Made by a program: the position numbers and the translations under genes
The notes under the pieces: generated by a model
The model's database searches: none
The model's input: the letters and a program-made list of their open reading frames with translations, nothing else
What the model was told of the DNA's origin: nothing
Origin: Octopus vulgaris
Lineage: Eukaryota
DNA: 64,000 bases
Reading direction: 5' to 3'
Assembly: GCA_951406725.2 (NCBI GenBank)
Contig: OX597826.1
Coordinates: 16,926,001-16,990,000, forward strand
Shown: one piece after another, positions 27,308-41,469 of the stretch
Layout of the letters: each line of letters opens with the position of its first letter
Position numbering within the stretch: the stretch's first letter is position 1

Positions 27308-27599
27308 TATATATGAGAATTACGGAATGGAATAGGAAAGAACCGGGCTTCATATATTTCATAGCAAGCGGAACTTCAAAAGTGGTAAAAGCCAAATGAG
27401 GCATATACCGCCGGTTACTCTTCAGGACAAGGATGTTTTGATTAGATTAAAGGTTACATTGTCGCAGGGAGGTACAAATTGATGCAATGAAGATGCAACC
27501 AGAATATGCAGAGAGTACAGTATGAGAGGAGTATATAAATATGGGGAGAAATAAGTATTAGAAGGGAAGAAAGAAGAAAATATAAGGGAGTGAGTGGAA

Positions 27600-28820
27600 G
27601 GAGGTATTTAAATAAGGTCAGTTGACTGGTAGTAAATAATGGAGTTGTTTTGGTTGAATCACAGAATTTAGCAAGGGGATTGGTATTTGAAGAAAAGATA
27701 ATTATAAAGGGTAACTAATAGTTTTATGCTTCGCGAGTCATTAAATTGGCAGATTTCTAACGAATACCATGTATCTCCAAGAAATCTTTCCGGCCCAAAT
27801 AATGTTAGATGTATTTAGAAACCAGAAAGATATTGCTAGGAGATACCTGGCTTGTTTTATAAATCTGCCAATTTCGTAAAGCATGATAGTGTTAGTAACT
27901 GATTTTTAATTGAACCTGTTAAAATGGTATTTATCTCTCACCGGACTTTTTTATTGATACACTAGCAGTATCGCCCGGCGTTGCTCAGGTTTGTAAGGGA
28001 AATAACTATAAAGCATTTTTAGAGAGTTATAGCCAAAAAATAGCAAAAAAATGGAAAAAAAATGATGGTAAATTTTTTTGAGAGTTAAAAAAGGTAGAGT
28101 TGCGTCCCCTAGACGGTCTGTGGTTTGGGTTTCTAATTCTCGACCCCATGTCGAATTTATCGATTTTTTTCAGAACTGGGGGAACTTTTCAAAATTTTCG
28201 CTGCGTTAGTTTTGAATTATGACATTGGGCTATGTGTGTGTCAAGTTTCATCAGAATCGGTTGAAAGCCGTGGTCAGGGTGAGGGTACGAGAAAACAGAC
28301 ACACAGAAACACGCACAGACAAACTGCCGTTTATATAGAGAGAGATACACGCACACGCATAAGTGTGTATTTTCCACCTTCCAGCTCTCTTATCAATCAA
28401 ATACCCAACGAATACTGTGAAAGTAAACGTGCTTGACATGTAAGCTACCAGGTGTGTACCATACGATTTATGTCATACAGCATATTTTTATGGTTATGAC
28501 GACCCACGCTTTTTTCCACTGCACAAGAATACGTGCAGTTGCTTATGCAGCCGGACATAATGTTTTGTGCCGCTTCGTTCAGGGTCTTTCAACCAGTTTG
28601 GCTCAAAGTGAACTGAATAAAGTTGTTTATTGGTTAGAATTCAGGGAAACAGAGGGAGAGAGGAGGTTGCTTTGATCTCGGTTTCATTCAAGTTGTTGCT
28701 CGAAGTCAGGGTTCTATCTAATTAAGGTCAGAGTTTAACTTACTGTTTTGTGAGGCTTCTTAGTGTATTTTAATAGATGGGTGCTTAATATGCTTACTTT
28801 CAAATATAAATCTTGTAATG
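27600..28820 (-). mobile_element. Possible very old LINE RT remnant interrupted by Helitron copy 2
   Basis: Scattered motifs on the minus strand (KHPSIKI and traces of RT region 0-2); heavily decayed. Confidence 0.3.
27962..28345 (-). mobile_element. Non-autonomous Helitron, copy 2
   Basis: Same termini and body as copy 1. Confidence 0.85.
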
Positions 28821-28851
28821 AACTTTATGTTAGGATTGTTCAGTTCTATGT

Positions 28852-29098
28852 TACGAGGGATGCTTATTAAATATTTCCCCTGGCCCACTTCCGGTTATTG
28901 CAGGAGACGGAACTTGTGCAGGTATAACCATATACGTCTTTACATGTTACATTGTAAATTGTAGCTTTCCACCAGTAATCATTTGCCTTTTACGACTAAA
29001 GTATTATAATGGAGGCAGTTGAATGCAGATCAGTGATCAGGTTCTTATACTTGAAAGGTCGTACAGCAAAAGAAATTTTCAATAAGATGAAAGAATAC
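28852..29098 (+). mobile_element. Mariner 5' fragment (TIR and HTH start)
   Basis: TA-CGAGGG terminus; ATG at 29009 gives MEAVECRSVIRFLYLKGRTAKEIFNKMKE. Confidence 0.75.
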
Positions 29099-29234
29099 AT
29101 TTCTGTTTTTGAGAGATGAGCAACAATGTACATTATTTACATCATTTACAAGTGACGGTTATTTTTCCTCATCTTGTTTGTTGTTAACACAACCGCTACA
29201 CCATATTTTTTCGGTAGTTGGAAAGAACGGATGA

Positions 29235-29535
29235 CCAATTTTTTCCACTGTCAAATCCATACTTGTTGCAGGGTGTTCAATGGCCAAGCTTTGCTATATT
29301 GTCATAGCGTCTTTTATATTTCTTCTGGGCAAGTGGCGTACATTGGCTGATAATATGCCATACGGTTTCACCATTTTGTCCATAGCTTCTGCACTTATCA
29401 CTTTCTGCTCTGTTGTCTGTTCTGTATTTTATGTAGTTTGTTCTTAACGCTTGCTCTTGAGCAGCACAGATCAGAGCCTCCGTTTCCGGTTTTAAATCAC
29501 TTTTAGTCATCCACAGCCATCTTTTTACTCTGTCT
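29235..29535 (-). mobile_element. R4/Dong-type LINE internal fragment
   Basis: DLKPETEALICAAQEQALRTNYIKYR...DKCRSYGQNGETVWHIISQC; same family as 7651-8659. Confidence 0.85.
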
Positions 29536-32500
29536 AAAGCACTTTGATGATGGCTCTGGTTGTAAGTGGCATGAAGTCACTACAATGCTAATCTTCGATC
29601 TTTAACATACAGGGTTAATTGTGGGAACAAGATTCTAAGAACAGGTGTGCCTCTTTCTTATGGCACTTTACTGAAATATTTGTAGCAACCCGTGGTACAT
29701 AAACGGTAGTGGTGCTTAGACATTATCTTAAAACCCTACTGTGGTTCAGGATGAGAGATATGGATTGCAGTGAAACGTAACTGAAATGCTGATATGATTG
29801 TACGAGAAACGTTTCCTGACGTTGGTAGAAGTAGGTTTTAATTAATTAATTAACTTTTCAGTGTTCCCTATATTAGCCACCATATCTTCACTAAGCCTTG
29901 CTCTTTTGTGTTTTCTTCATTTTCATGCTACCCACTGCCGAGTCTTCAAAATTCTTTGTCTTCTCATTTATGCTTTGCTAATGAGGTCTAATAACATCTA
30001 AACATTTCAAAATTTCCATCGTGAGTCCAAATATACGACTCACACTCTTCCTTTCTATGTTTTATTTTTATTAATTTCAATGTCATGACTGTCTAATACA
30101 GACATTTTTTTCTACATGCAATTTTAAAATAATTCGACACGTTACATTATTTATGCTAGCACCCTACTTACCATTAGTTGTTCATGCAACAAGTATTTCA
30201 CGCTATTTTCCCATGTGATTTGTATTGATTTCAAATCTAAATTCAGCGTGACCATTTGTTCAAAACAGGGATCGGTTCAAACCATCCAGAAAAATATCTC
30301 TCTATTTCCTCATAAAAATTATCATCACTTTCGTTGTTTTGTTCTTTCTTGCGTATTTTGATAAGCAATAGTGATCGCTGTAATATTTGTCATTTAAAGA
30401 TGGCTAAGAAAACGGCTGAGTCACAGTAAAAGTGTTTTTGTAGTGGCACTTTTAGAAATTTTCGCTGAAGTATGCAAACATTATCCCCCGCCCCCTAGTC
30501 TCATGAAAAAAAATCCAAATTCTTGCAACATCAGAAGAGTGATATTCAGAAATGCCCCTTGTGTTAGAAGTGCTAGACGGAAATATGTGCGAATTCAAAA
30601 ATATTCTAAAGATTTGATATAAACACGAAATAATAAATAGGAAAATCACGAATGGCGTATATTTATCACTTGACTATATTTGCCAAAGAAGAAAAGTACA
30701 TAGTGTTTAAGTCAAATCTCTATATATAAAATATATTTCCAACGAATGAATTTTGTAGTAGCTTAATTTCATCTTTTAATTCCTTCCGTTCTATTACCAC
30801 GAGGAGATGCATTCAAACACAGTTATCGAATCATTTCTGACGTACAAATAGGAATATGAAACCTTAATTTCCCACGCGTTGCGTGAGAGTTTAGGTTGCA
30901 TTAATGATAGAGTAGGGACAAAAATGACAAGTCATTACATGTTAATAAATAGGATATATATGACATTGAATATCGTTGAGGAAAGTCATCTTGAAATAAT
31001 GTTTCTGACTGGCATTATACTAAATATTTTATGTCACTCATCTGTAAAATTCAGTACATTGAAAATGTATTAGTGACATGTATAGAGACTACTTGGATTT
31101 TGTTTCCACTTGATTGAAGAAAGAATTATCAGATTCTATTGATGTAGAAGCATGAGATGATGCTAATGTAAAAGCAGCTGATAGAAATGTAACTCATACA
31201 CGCAAAAGGAGACACATATAAGGAAACATTTTATATCAGTAGATTAAAAATTTATATTATTAGAGAGACAAAGAAAGATTCATATCTGGGCAAGTCCCTG
31301 GTGTGTCTCCATGCAAACTCAAGAAGTAACAGATCGGATCACTCTTCTGATGGTACGTTAGGAACTAGATTACTTAAATATTGATAACCTGGAAAACCAT
31401 TTAGTAAATAACTGGAAGTCTATGGACTGTCGGATGCTACGAGAAGCGTGCGGTTCAGCAATGCTTCTTGTGGGGCTGAAATATGTACGAATCTAAAAAC
31501 TGAAGACATAGATAAATGCAGTATAGTAGATATACTGACTGAGTATACACCACGTAAAATCCACGTAAGATCAATATTTCTACAACTAGTCCTACTAAGC
31601 TACTCTGCCTTCCATGAATCTATAATCCTCCCACTTCATAAGCCCCCAAAAGTGAGGGACTGAGGAAGACCTTGGAAACCATCTCATTGATTTCTAAATT
31701 TGTCACAAAATCACAAATATAGCGCAAATGCAAACTTTGGCTTAAAAGGAAAGAATTTAAGTTCCTCAAAATATTCAGTCCGGTAAATATGCTTGCTGCC
31801 TTGAATAATATTTAATATTTAATATTCTGACACGTATCACATGTTTGAAAAACAAACACGGTAATAATATACTCTTCAGATAACTTGCCAGGTAAACCCC
31901 TTTAAATGTGCCGAGAGTTCGGCTTAGATGGCATGGTTATGGTTTTCCTATAACTGAATTCGTCAATTTTCTAGCTTCTCATTGAAATCGTTATCACTAA
32001 CAAAAGGTTGCTTTCCTTCTATACATTTTGTATATTGTTCCTTTTATGATCGCTTATTGTTTAAGCTTGAAATATTAATAAATAACAATATTAATAAACT
32101 GTAAATCTTATTTTGAAGTTTCTTAAGTAGAGAGCGCAGAAAATTATAACTATAACATTTACGAGATTTTTAGTTGGTGCCAAGCCAAAACAATGCACAT
32201 TTATACACAAAACATCTATTGATTTAAAAGCTTACTAATACATTAATATGAGACACGAGTAAATCATTAACAACGTATATAATCAGATATATGAGTAGAT
32301 GGAAAGTTATTTGAGAGCGAGAACTACATTAACAAATTTCGGAACTTTTCAATTTTACCTAAGTAATTGCATACAGCCAAATGCTGATTCGCCTTTGCTC
32401 ATTTTCACAATATCAATTTTCTGTCTTGATGTTTAAACTACGCCGAAAAAAAAAATTGGAGCAAAAATTACTTATGGAATGCAGCTGTCATATATGTCAC

Positions 32501-32907
32501 CTGATGAGAGATTTTAGAGAGGTTATTAGTAGAAGCACGTGCGTGTGTTATAATTGATTAAGTAATTAGCATGTTATAATATATAAAGTGGATAGATAGT
32601 AGATACTGCATACTTTTTGGAAAACATACATTTTCAGAATATCATAACTAAAAGCATCTCATCCTTAATTGTTCAAATGAGTAATTTGAAAACTCGAAAA
32701 AGTGAAACTTAATGTTGAATACGTACGCCTCTGCACATGAACATACACACACATACACACACACACACACACACATACATACAAGCACAAATACGCATCA
32801 CACACACACACTCACACATAAACACACATACATATATATGTGTGTGTGTGATGTGTGTGTCTGTTTGCTATTATATATATATTTTAATGTGCTACTATTG
32901 TTTCATG

Positions 32908-33286
32908 CAGTGATTAGGCACAGTGATTAGGGCAGTGGATTCGCAGTCGTGGGGTCGCGGTTTCGATTCCCAGACCGGGAAATGTGAGTGTTTATTGAGC
33001 GAAAACACCTAAAGCTCCACGAGCCTCCGGCAGGGGGCGGTGGTGAACCCTGCTGTACTCTTCCACCACAACTTTCTCTCACTCATTCTTCCTGTTTCTG
33101 TTGTACCTGTATTTCAAAGGGCCAGCCTTGTCACACACTGTGTCGCGCTGAACCTCCCCGACAAATTTGTTAAGGGTACACGTGTCTGTGGAGTGCTCAG
33201 CCACTTACACATTAATTTCACGAGCAAGCTGTTCCGTTGATCGGATCAACTGCAACGCTCGTCGTCTAAACAGACAGAGTGCCACG
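32908..33286 (+). mobile_element. tRNA-derived SINE with family-C 3' tail but a different body
   Basis: B box GGTTTCGATTCCC; tail (CCTTGTCAC...TTAAGGGTACACGTGTCTGTGGA...CACGAGCAAGCTGTTCCGTTGATC) shared with 23656-23985; 11-bp TSD ATTGTTTCATG at 32897-32907 and 33287-33297. Confidence 0.85.
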
Positions 33287-33721
33287 ATTGTTTCATGTAC
33301 AGGGAACATACCACATACATGCATACATATATACATGCTACATGGTACATGCATACATACATACACGCACATGCATATATACACAGATAAAATGAGAGTG
33401 AGAGAGAGAGAAAGGGAGGGACTTTTTTCTATGTGTCTATATCGATATCTATGTAATACATATTCCTTTACTCTTTTATTCGTTTATTTCATTAGACTGC
33501 GGCCATGCAGAGGGACCACCTCGAAGAATATTATAGATATAAATACAAACATACGCATTATATATAAGTATGTGTATATATGTATGTACACATGATGGTT
33601 TAGCTGGTGGAAAAACCGAAGTCGTTCTCAATACTGTTGTTAAAGATTAATAAATTTGTTCTCTACATAATTAAAGAAGACCTTCCAACTAATGCACAGA
33701 CACACGCACACATACACACAT

Positions 33722-33794
<73 letters not shown>

Positions 33795-33975
33795 CAATGT
33801 TCTTTTATTTTCAGACTGCAGTTCAACGAATGGCGAAATCCAAGTCTGAAGTAGGAAACGTTTTAGATGAAAGCGTTGACAGAATACTTCTTTCCTGCAC
33901 TTTAAAATGAACCCTGGGCTGAGCGAGTTTTTTAGGATTCTTGCTCTCGTTCGACCCGGGTTGTTTTGAAAGAAG

Positions 33976-34007
<32 letters not shown>

Positions 34008-34013
34008 TGTTCC

Positions 34014-34063
<50 letters not shown>

Positions 34064-34280
34064 CAGGCTTATTCTTTCAAATTCCGTCTACCAAATATAT
34101 GTGTGTGTATATATATATATATATATCCATTCACAAGGCTGTCTCGGCCTGCTAGAAGTATGTATACAAAATAGCTTAAAGGCAATTTGCTGATGTGAAA
34201 AAATGCGTATCACGAAGAAAACAGAATTTGAATTTTTACACACATATACACATATTTACATATGCACACACATACACACA

Positions 34281-34568
34281 GGGTAAAGGGGTAAAAACCC
34301 CTTAAGGTCTTGAGTGCTCATGGAGTTGCACCTGCAAGTTCCCCTCCGAGGCAGAAGTTTGGGCAAGACCAGCAATCGCCCATGCATATCAGCCTCCCCT
34401 CTCTACGCCAGTGGTGTTATCCGAGGGAAAGGTAAAAAGGCCGATACAGCTTGGTACCAGTGACGTCGTAATTCATTTCCGCAGATGAGTGAACCGGAAC
34501 AACGTGAAATAAAGTGTCTTGGTCAAGAACACAACACACAGCCCGGTCCAGGAATCAAACCGGTGATT
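34281..34568 (-). mobile_element. SINE with family-C head/core and an alternative 3' tail
   Basis: CAACGTGAAATAAAGTGTCTTGGTCAAGAACACAAC shared with 23876-23910; tail homologous to 54690-54830. Confidence 0.75.
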
Positions 34569-34947
34569 TACATATATATATAGTTGAGTATAGCAACCAT
34601 TATTACTTACGCACATATGTGTGTACGTGTGTATATTTACACATATATGTACACTACATGTGTGCTTGTATACACACACATATATATATATATATATATA
34701 TGTAGTGGGTGATGGGGGTAACCTGCATGTATGCATACGTGTGTAGGAAGCACTTAATATGTGACATGTTAGGAAATATGATATTTTGACACAGAGGGAT
34801 AAAAAAAGATATTTCAGTGCGTTATAGGCGGTTGGTACTTTATGGGCTCGAAAGGACAAAGGCATATAGATTTGGCATACTATACAATGTTTGAAGCAAA
34901 CCATATATATATATATATATACATATACACACACACACACACACACG

Positions 34948-34991
<44 letters not shown>

Positions 34992-34996
34992 TACAT

Positions 34997-35098
<102 letters not shown>

Positions 35099-37949
35099 AA
35101 TGTGCATGTGTGTGTATGCACATGTGAATTAAACTAACCTATGCATTCTACTTTTCGTTTCATGTGTTTTATTAAAGGAGGAAAATAAATGTAAGTGTAT
35201 GAACAAAAAATGACTCTGGTTATAGAGTCTTTCACGTACAGATAAAATGTCAATTCGTTGAACGTGAACACACAGATTATACAGAAAAACACTATCAGTC
35301 AAAGAATATAATAGACTATAAGACACAACATACACCCACACAGAGTTATATACATATATATACGTGAGAGAGAGAGAGAAAGAAGAGTGAGTGTGTGTGT
35401 GTGTGTGTGTGTGTTTGTTTGTGTGTTAAATAGAGTGTGTGTGTGTGTGTGTCTCTTTACACATAGAAACTTATGCTAAAAAATATGCAAAGTGTTTTGT
35501 TCATATGTATATGGAATCAGATCGATAGTTCCATTGACATATATACATAGCTATATTGGAATATACTTTAAATTGATGCTTTTATATAAACCATATATCT
35601 TAACGATCGTTGTGTTTACAAGGAGTTCTCTCATTTCTCTTTTTCACTCTCTTTTATTTTTTCTTCTCTGTCTCACGATGTGTGTGTGTGTGTGTATCCT
35701 ATCCCTTTGAATATTCAATGAATATAGTTTTCTACTTATTTATGTAGTAATTGCTATCAATTAATCATTTTGAAAGTCTATCGATTTATTTATGTATATA
35801 TTTTATACAATGCACATATGAAGGAAATGTCTACATGCTGAAATACAAAACTGGAAAACAATCTGGTTAGATAAGAACTCGATAAAAAAAGAAACAGAGA
35901 AATATGACAAAATTATTGGTAGTTGAAACTGCATATGCGTAAGTACGGTTTACGTGTAACCAGCGTAGAGGAAGTGAATTACGACCCTGTACAATGCTCC
36001 CTGTTCTATATCATATGTGTGTGTGTGTGTGTGTGTGTGTACGTGCGTCTGCGTATATCTGTGCAAATAAGTCGCCTTTTTGGGGGTGTCAATATCGAAG
36101 CAGTGTTGCAAACTTACGGGTTGTTAAACCTTAAATACACTTCTAATTCTAAAGTTATTATGAGCGTTAAACTTGTATTTAGTTCTCTGTGAAATTAGCA
36201 TGTTTACATGGCACGCATTTTAGATTTTCACAGAAAAGTTTTTGATGATGTTGCCGTTGTTGTTACGTTGTTGACATCCTCTTCCTCATCACATATTGTT
36301 CTGTTTGCACCGAGATCAGTCCTGACGAGGAGTCTGTCTAAATTCTTCTCTGTCTAAATTTGTAATCCATACATTTATTTTCAGGGACGATGCGTTCATG
36401 TTATTTTTTCTAATAGTTAAGCGCTATTCGGGAAATATATACTACTATATCTAGCATGTTATTCTTAGTCGAGTTCAGTGAGTTTTGTGACTTAATTGTT
36501 TAACAATTGTTTTATCTGTTTATGCATCTTAAGTCTCTGCGATATTGAGAACACTTGGAGCTAAAATGGCTATAAACTGACTGCATATGACCGCATATAC
36601 GAACCTGTTGTTTATGGTTCAATCTCCTTTGCATCGGACCAATCTGTCAAATCAGTTTATTGTAAACAATGTCAGACTCTCTCAAGTCTGTTGTATATCA
36701 GAGATCGGCGCGCGTAATTTAATATATTGCCACTTCGCTTCCTGACATCTGTCCTTTGCCTCATCTTTAAGTCTTACAAATTTCTCCGTTATCCCCTAAA
36801 TGCTTTTGTTAAGTTGTTTAAATACTGTTCAATCTTTTTTTAATCTTAATATTAGTATAAGGTTCATTACTGAAAGCTGTCGTGATAGTAGCATTGGCTT
36901 CACATTACACATATAAACAGATGAATTTGCATAGGTATGCATAAATATGCACGCATGTGTGTATGCATGTATGTGTGTACGTGTGTGCTCGCGTATATGT
37001 GTGTTTATGCGTTTGTGACATACTTTTTTGAACGCGAACTGATTTTTTTCAATACTGGTTTCTGCTGTCACTAGAAGGAATCTATTTAAAGTTATTTACG
37101 TACTACTAATAAATCGATGAAAATCTATTTGAACGTTATCATCGAACGTGGACCTATACGACTATTTATCTTTCATGCTAAAAATACTTTTCTAAGCATG
37201 AAATCTCAGGGTACTTAAGCAGAGGAAATGGGTATGTGTGATTCTCCTGCCTTTAACAAGAGCATGAATGGTTTTACAAATAATAATAAAAGAAATGTAG
37301 GGTCCAAGAATAAACTGTGATTAATTTCCTGCCAATAGTTTTGTCAAATTGGTTTTATAAGTAGAAAGCACTTATTGACACAGAAACTGAGATTTTGAGC
37401 TCTTTGTGCTGGTGGACATAATCAGAATTCTAAGAGTGTAATATACTCTCTTCATATGCATGTATGTATACAAACTGTCACACACCTATGCACACGCATA
37501 TAATGTATATACACAAAAATAAACTGCATACATACATAAGCGCATACACGCATACGCCTAAATTTATACATGGACACATAGAAACAGGTAAGAAATTTAT
37601 ATATTGCAGCGTGGAAGGTGTTTATAAGCCAATTAAAAACACACAAAAACTTTTAGATTTGCTTCAACATGTTTTTGTCGCTTTCAGACCGCGACCTGTT
37701 CACTGACAAAATTCTGTGCTGTATCTTACTGTCACTAAGTAATCCGGAAATGAATTACAATATTCATCCAATGGATAAATCCACTGCAGTAACCGTGGAG
37801 GAAACGATTTTCTCTTGTGGTTAGATGTCTAAAACACCGTTCATGCCCAGCCCTAACACTACACAATTGAATAGTGAGAGTGTTGTGTGGACGCTCCCAG
37901 ACGATGAAGCAGGCTAGCCCAATATAGAGGGAGAAGTCTAGATGTCGGG

Positions 37950-38740
37950 AGTTGAGTAGATGTCGCCTCACTAAGAAACGAACAATCAATGTACACTAAC
38001 AAACTGTCCCATACGTGACACAGATTCATGCCAACGGGTTAATGTTGTGTATAGAATACACTGTAACAAATGCAACATGTTCTATGTGGGTAGCGCAACA
38101 AGACCGTTACACGTCCGCATCAAAGAACATCTGAACACGAGAGCTTCCTCCTTCAGAAAACATCTAGACAGATGCCGGAACACCGACAAAAGCATAACAA
38201 TCGCAATTGAGGCCAATGAAAGGAATTTGGGTAATTTAAAAATTAAGGAAGCTCCACTCATACACAGACTAGGGCCCCAAATTAACAACAGGCTGGAAGA
38301 TGGTAATCAATATATTATTTAGATACATCTGGATGCGTGTGGGTTCATTTTTTATAATATGCTCATCTGTAGTTTATAATAAAAAAAGAGAAAAGGAAAA
38401 AGAAGCGGAAGAAAAGGAGGCTGCACGTATAATACGTAACTTAGAAGTAGCGCTACGGATGTACCAGCACACACAAGATTCAGACATGACCGACCTCACA
38501 CACTTCTCATGAGGAATTCCGGAAGGAGCATCGTGAGACCACTGCTGAGACGCTTCCAAATAGAAAAGAAAAGCCGTTAGAAAACCGATTATCGCAGCGA
38601 CTCCATCTAAGAATATCTGAAGAAGGAATAGTATTCCGAAATATCATATCAGACTATGGATGACTAAATTACAACAGGTATACATAGCCCATTGTTTGAA
38701 TTATAGTGCATTATTGCACCATTCAAAACCTTTTATTCTT
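37950..38740 (+). mobile_element. Penelope-like element 3' fragment (GIY-YIG plus pLTR)
   Basis: NVVYRIHCNKCNMFYVGSATRPLHVRIKEH...KIKEAPLIHRLGPQINN (38041-38322), followed by a hammerhead motif and a TA tract. Confidence 0.8.
38613..38649 (+). ncRNA. Minimal type-I hammerhead with canonical core
   Basis: AUAU-CUGAAGA-A-GGAAU(AGU)AUUCC-GAAA-UA-UC-AUAU; palindromic AUAU stem III; lies 3' of the GIY-YIG ORF on the same strand. Confidence 0.65.
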
Positions 38741-38744
38741 TACA

Positions 38745-38799
<55 letters not shown>

Positions 38800-38800
<1 letters not shown>

Positions 38801-39840
38801 TAGCATTATGACCCGTCGTTGCCGGGTCATAGAGCTAGTACATGTATATATGTGTATATATATGTGTACATATTACATGTACATCTATATATATACATCG
38901 ACACAAAATACAAAATACAAAGTTATATCTTGATATCGCTAGTGATAACAATACTCAAAATATATAACAGACTGGAATTGTAAGCCCGTCTCTTGCAATT
39001 TCGATCAATTGTATCTTGTCCTCCCTCTTGTATAGAAGTGTGGCTACAATCGAGCCTACCTCTACTGCTGGGCGGGGGGCGGGCATTTTTTATTTTTATC
39101 CGGGACGTCCTACATCCCAGATATAAAGGTAAAAATAAAATATTTCTACTTTGCAAGTTCGAGTCGAGTACTCCCTTGCATGCTCCGTTGACTCGAAGCT
39201 TGCTTCTATTGTGGCGAATTTACCGCCTCTGGTTAGATATCTTTCATAGTCGCACCAAGACACTTTTCGAGGGTGCTTTCCTCCAGGTGTTCCAATCTTT
39301 TTCTCTACATTGTATACTTTATAGACAATAGTCTTTTCTTTAATTTAATTTTTGATTATCCATCTGGACTATTCCATTTCTGCACGCTAATTTTATTTTT
39401 AATTTATTCCCATTCATGTGAAACCACTTATTCAAGTTCAAGTCATTGATGCAATTTTATACCAATTGCAATTTTTACTTTTTTTATGTTACGATTATAT
39501 TATACTTTATTTTGATTTTAATTATTACTTACTACATATAATTCAATTGTTATTATTATTTTTATTGTTAAAATGAAAGCATCTGACATAAAATAGAGAA
39601 ATGTTTTTGTTTCACTTTTAACACGTAATACTGAAATAGTGGAGAAGATATGATATTGCTATGGGCTCGCTCTAGGCAACAAGTTGAACATTTTTTTGCC
39701 CATAAAACTACATGGACCGTAAGTAAGGCATGTGTAAAATTTGAATGAAATTGGTTGTGTAGTTCTCAAGTTTTAGGGAAACACACAGACAGACAGACAC
39801 ATATTCTCTATATGTATATATATATATATATATATATAGA
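38800..39840 (-). mobile_element. Non-autonomous Helitron with internal foreign fragment
   Basis: CTAG at 38800-38803 with hairpin ATGACCCG...CGGGTCAT; the other end (AAAATTTGAATGAAATTGG...CACACAGACAGACAGAC...TATAGA) resembles the 5' end of the other Helitrons. Confidence 0.65.
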
Positions 39841-40986
39841 TAGATAGATATAGATATAAATATAGATATAGGGGGAGTTTACGAAAAAAAAAGACGAAGA
39901 CACACACACACAAACACACACGCGCGCGCACACACTGCTCCATAAAGGTAGACCAACTAAAAGATTTCTGGATTCAGTGAGAGATAAATATTAATTAATA
40001 TTCACGATATAAAGATACGAGCTACTATCAGTTTCAGGCATTTGGAGGCGCGGGTCTAGACAGGTTCATTTTTGGTAGAATGCTTGAAGACCCAAGGCGT
40101 ATTATAAAAGTTTGTCGAGAATCCGGTCCTATCTTTGTAATGGGAGTAGAATGGAACAGGAGAGTTGATTTATATTACATTTCGAATAACATAATTAACG
40201 CGTATTTCACTAGTGAATACTATTGCGTATTGCATTATGCGATAAAGTTTTCATAAAATATTGTAGCTACGGCTCTTCAGAGAAATTTTGTAATTCGGAT
40301 CAGAGCAAAAACTCAGTACTTTTACGAAGTAACCTTGATATGAATTACAATATTCATCTAATGGATAAATCCACTGCAGTAACCGCAGAGAAAACAATTT
40401 CTTGTGGTAAGATGTCTGCAAACACCGTACATGCCCAGCGCTAACCCTGCCGCATTGCCAAATGATGCGTTTGTAGCTCTTTAAGTGTTAACAATAGGAA
40501 ATAGCGAAGAGAGGTAAATCTGAACTGAGGAAACAATATATTGTAGCTAACATATTTTAACCAGCCTAAATTTCACTTATGCATAAACACTGAGTGGAAC
40601 TAATTCTGCTGAATTTCTTCACATTTGGCTGTCTAACAGCGGAACTCAGTCAATGCTGTTGACTGCGTTTGAAATCTGCAACAGTTTGAAATCTGTCCAG
40701 AGTTACCTCTCTCCTGTATTTCCTATTGATAACTGCTAAAGCGTTAGAAATGCAACATCTGGAGTTTCTTCATGGGGCAACTCTCGGCACATATCGTGTT
40801 TTTATAAGTTTTACTATAAGTGTGAGGGTTTTCCCCTCGGTAACTGCTGTTAATTTGCCTTTTGAAGATGGCATATATCACGCAGTATTATAACAAAGTT
40901 AAAATTCGCATGTATATAATATATACGTATACATATACATACATATATATTCAACTTACGATGAAAGTAAACAAAGTTCTCTTATA

Positions 40987-41027
<41 letters not shown>

Positions 41028-41469
41028 ATGTATGTATGCATGTATGTATGTATGTATGTATGTATGTATGTATGTATGTATGTATGTATGTATGTATGCA
41101 TGTATGTATGCATGTATGTGTGTGTGTATGTATATATATACATATGTGTGTGTGTCTACATTGCTGTGTAAATTAATTTTTTATATACACACACATGGTG
41201 AAAGTCAATCCATGGCACTTCCTAAACTCAGTAAATGTATGCAACATATTTCTTGTACAAGATTACCTTTCCATAAAAGGAAGTTCTGGCGAGATTAAGA
41301 GATCTTTTACTCCCAATCAGTCATAACGTGCTAGTTTACCCACAACTAGGAAAATAACAGGTATTACACTTCGGTTCAGCGTAAACCTGGAAACAATAAT
41401 AGCTCAGAGCCGATTCCACATTATTTAAAACCCAAGAACTTGTCCTGGTAAGGAGTTTAAACTGCATCC

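Noticed and set aside
32501-32540. CTGATGA (and CTGACGA at 36322) as hammerhead cores
   Set aside because: No stem II followed by GAAA, and no stem I pairing.
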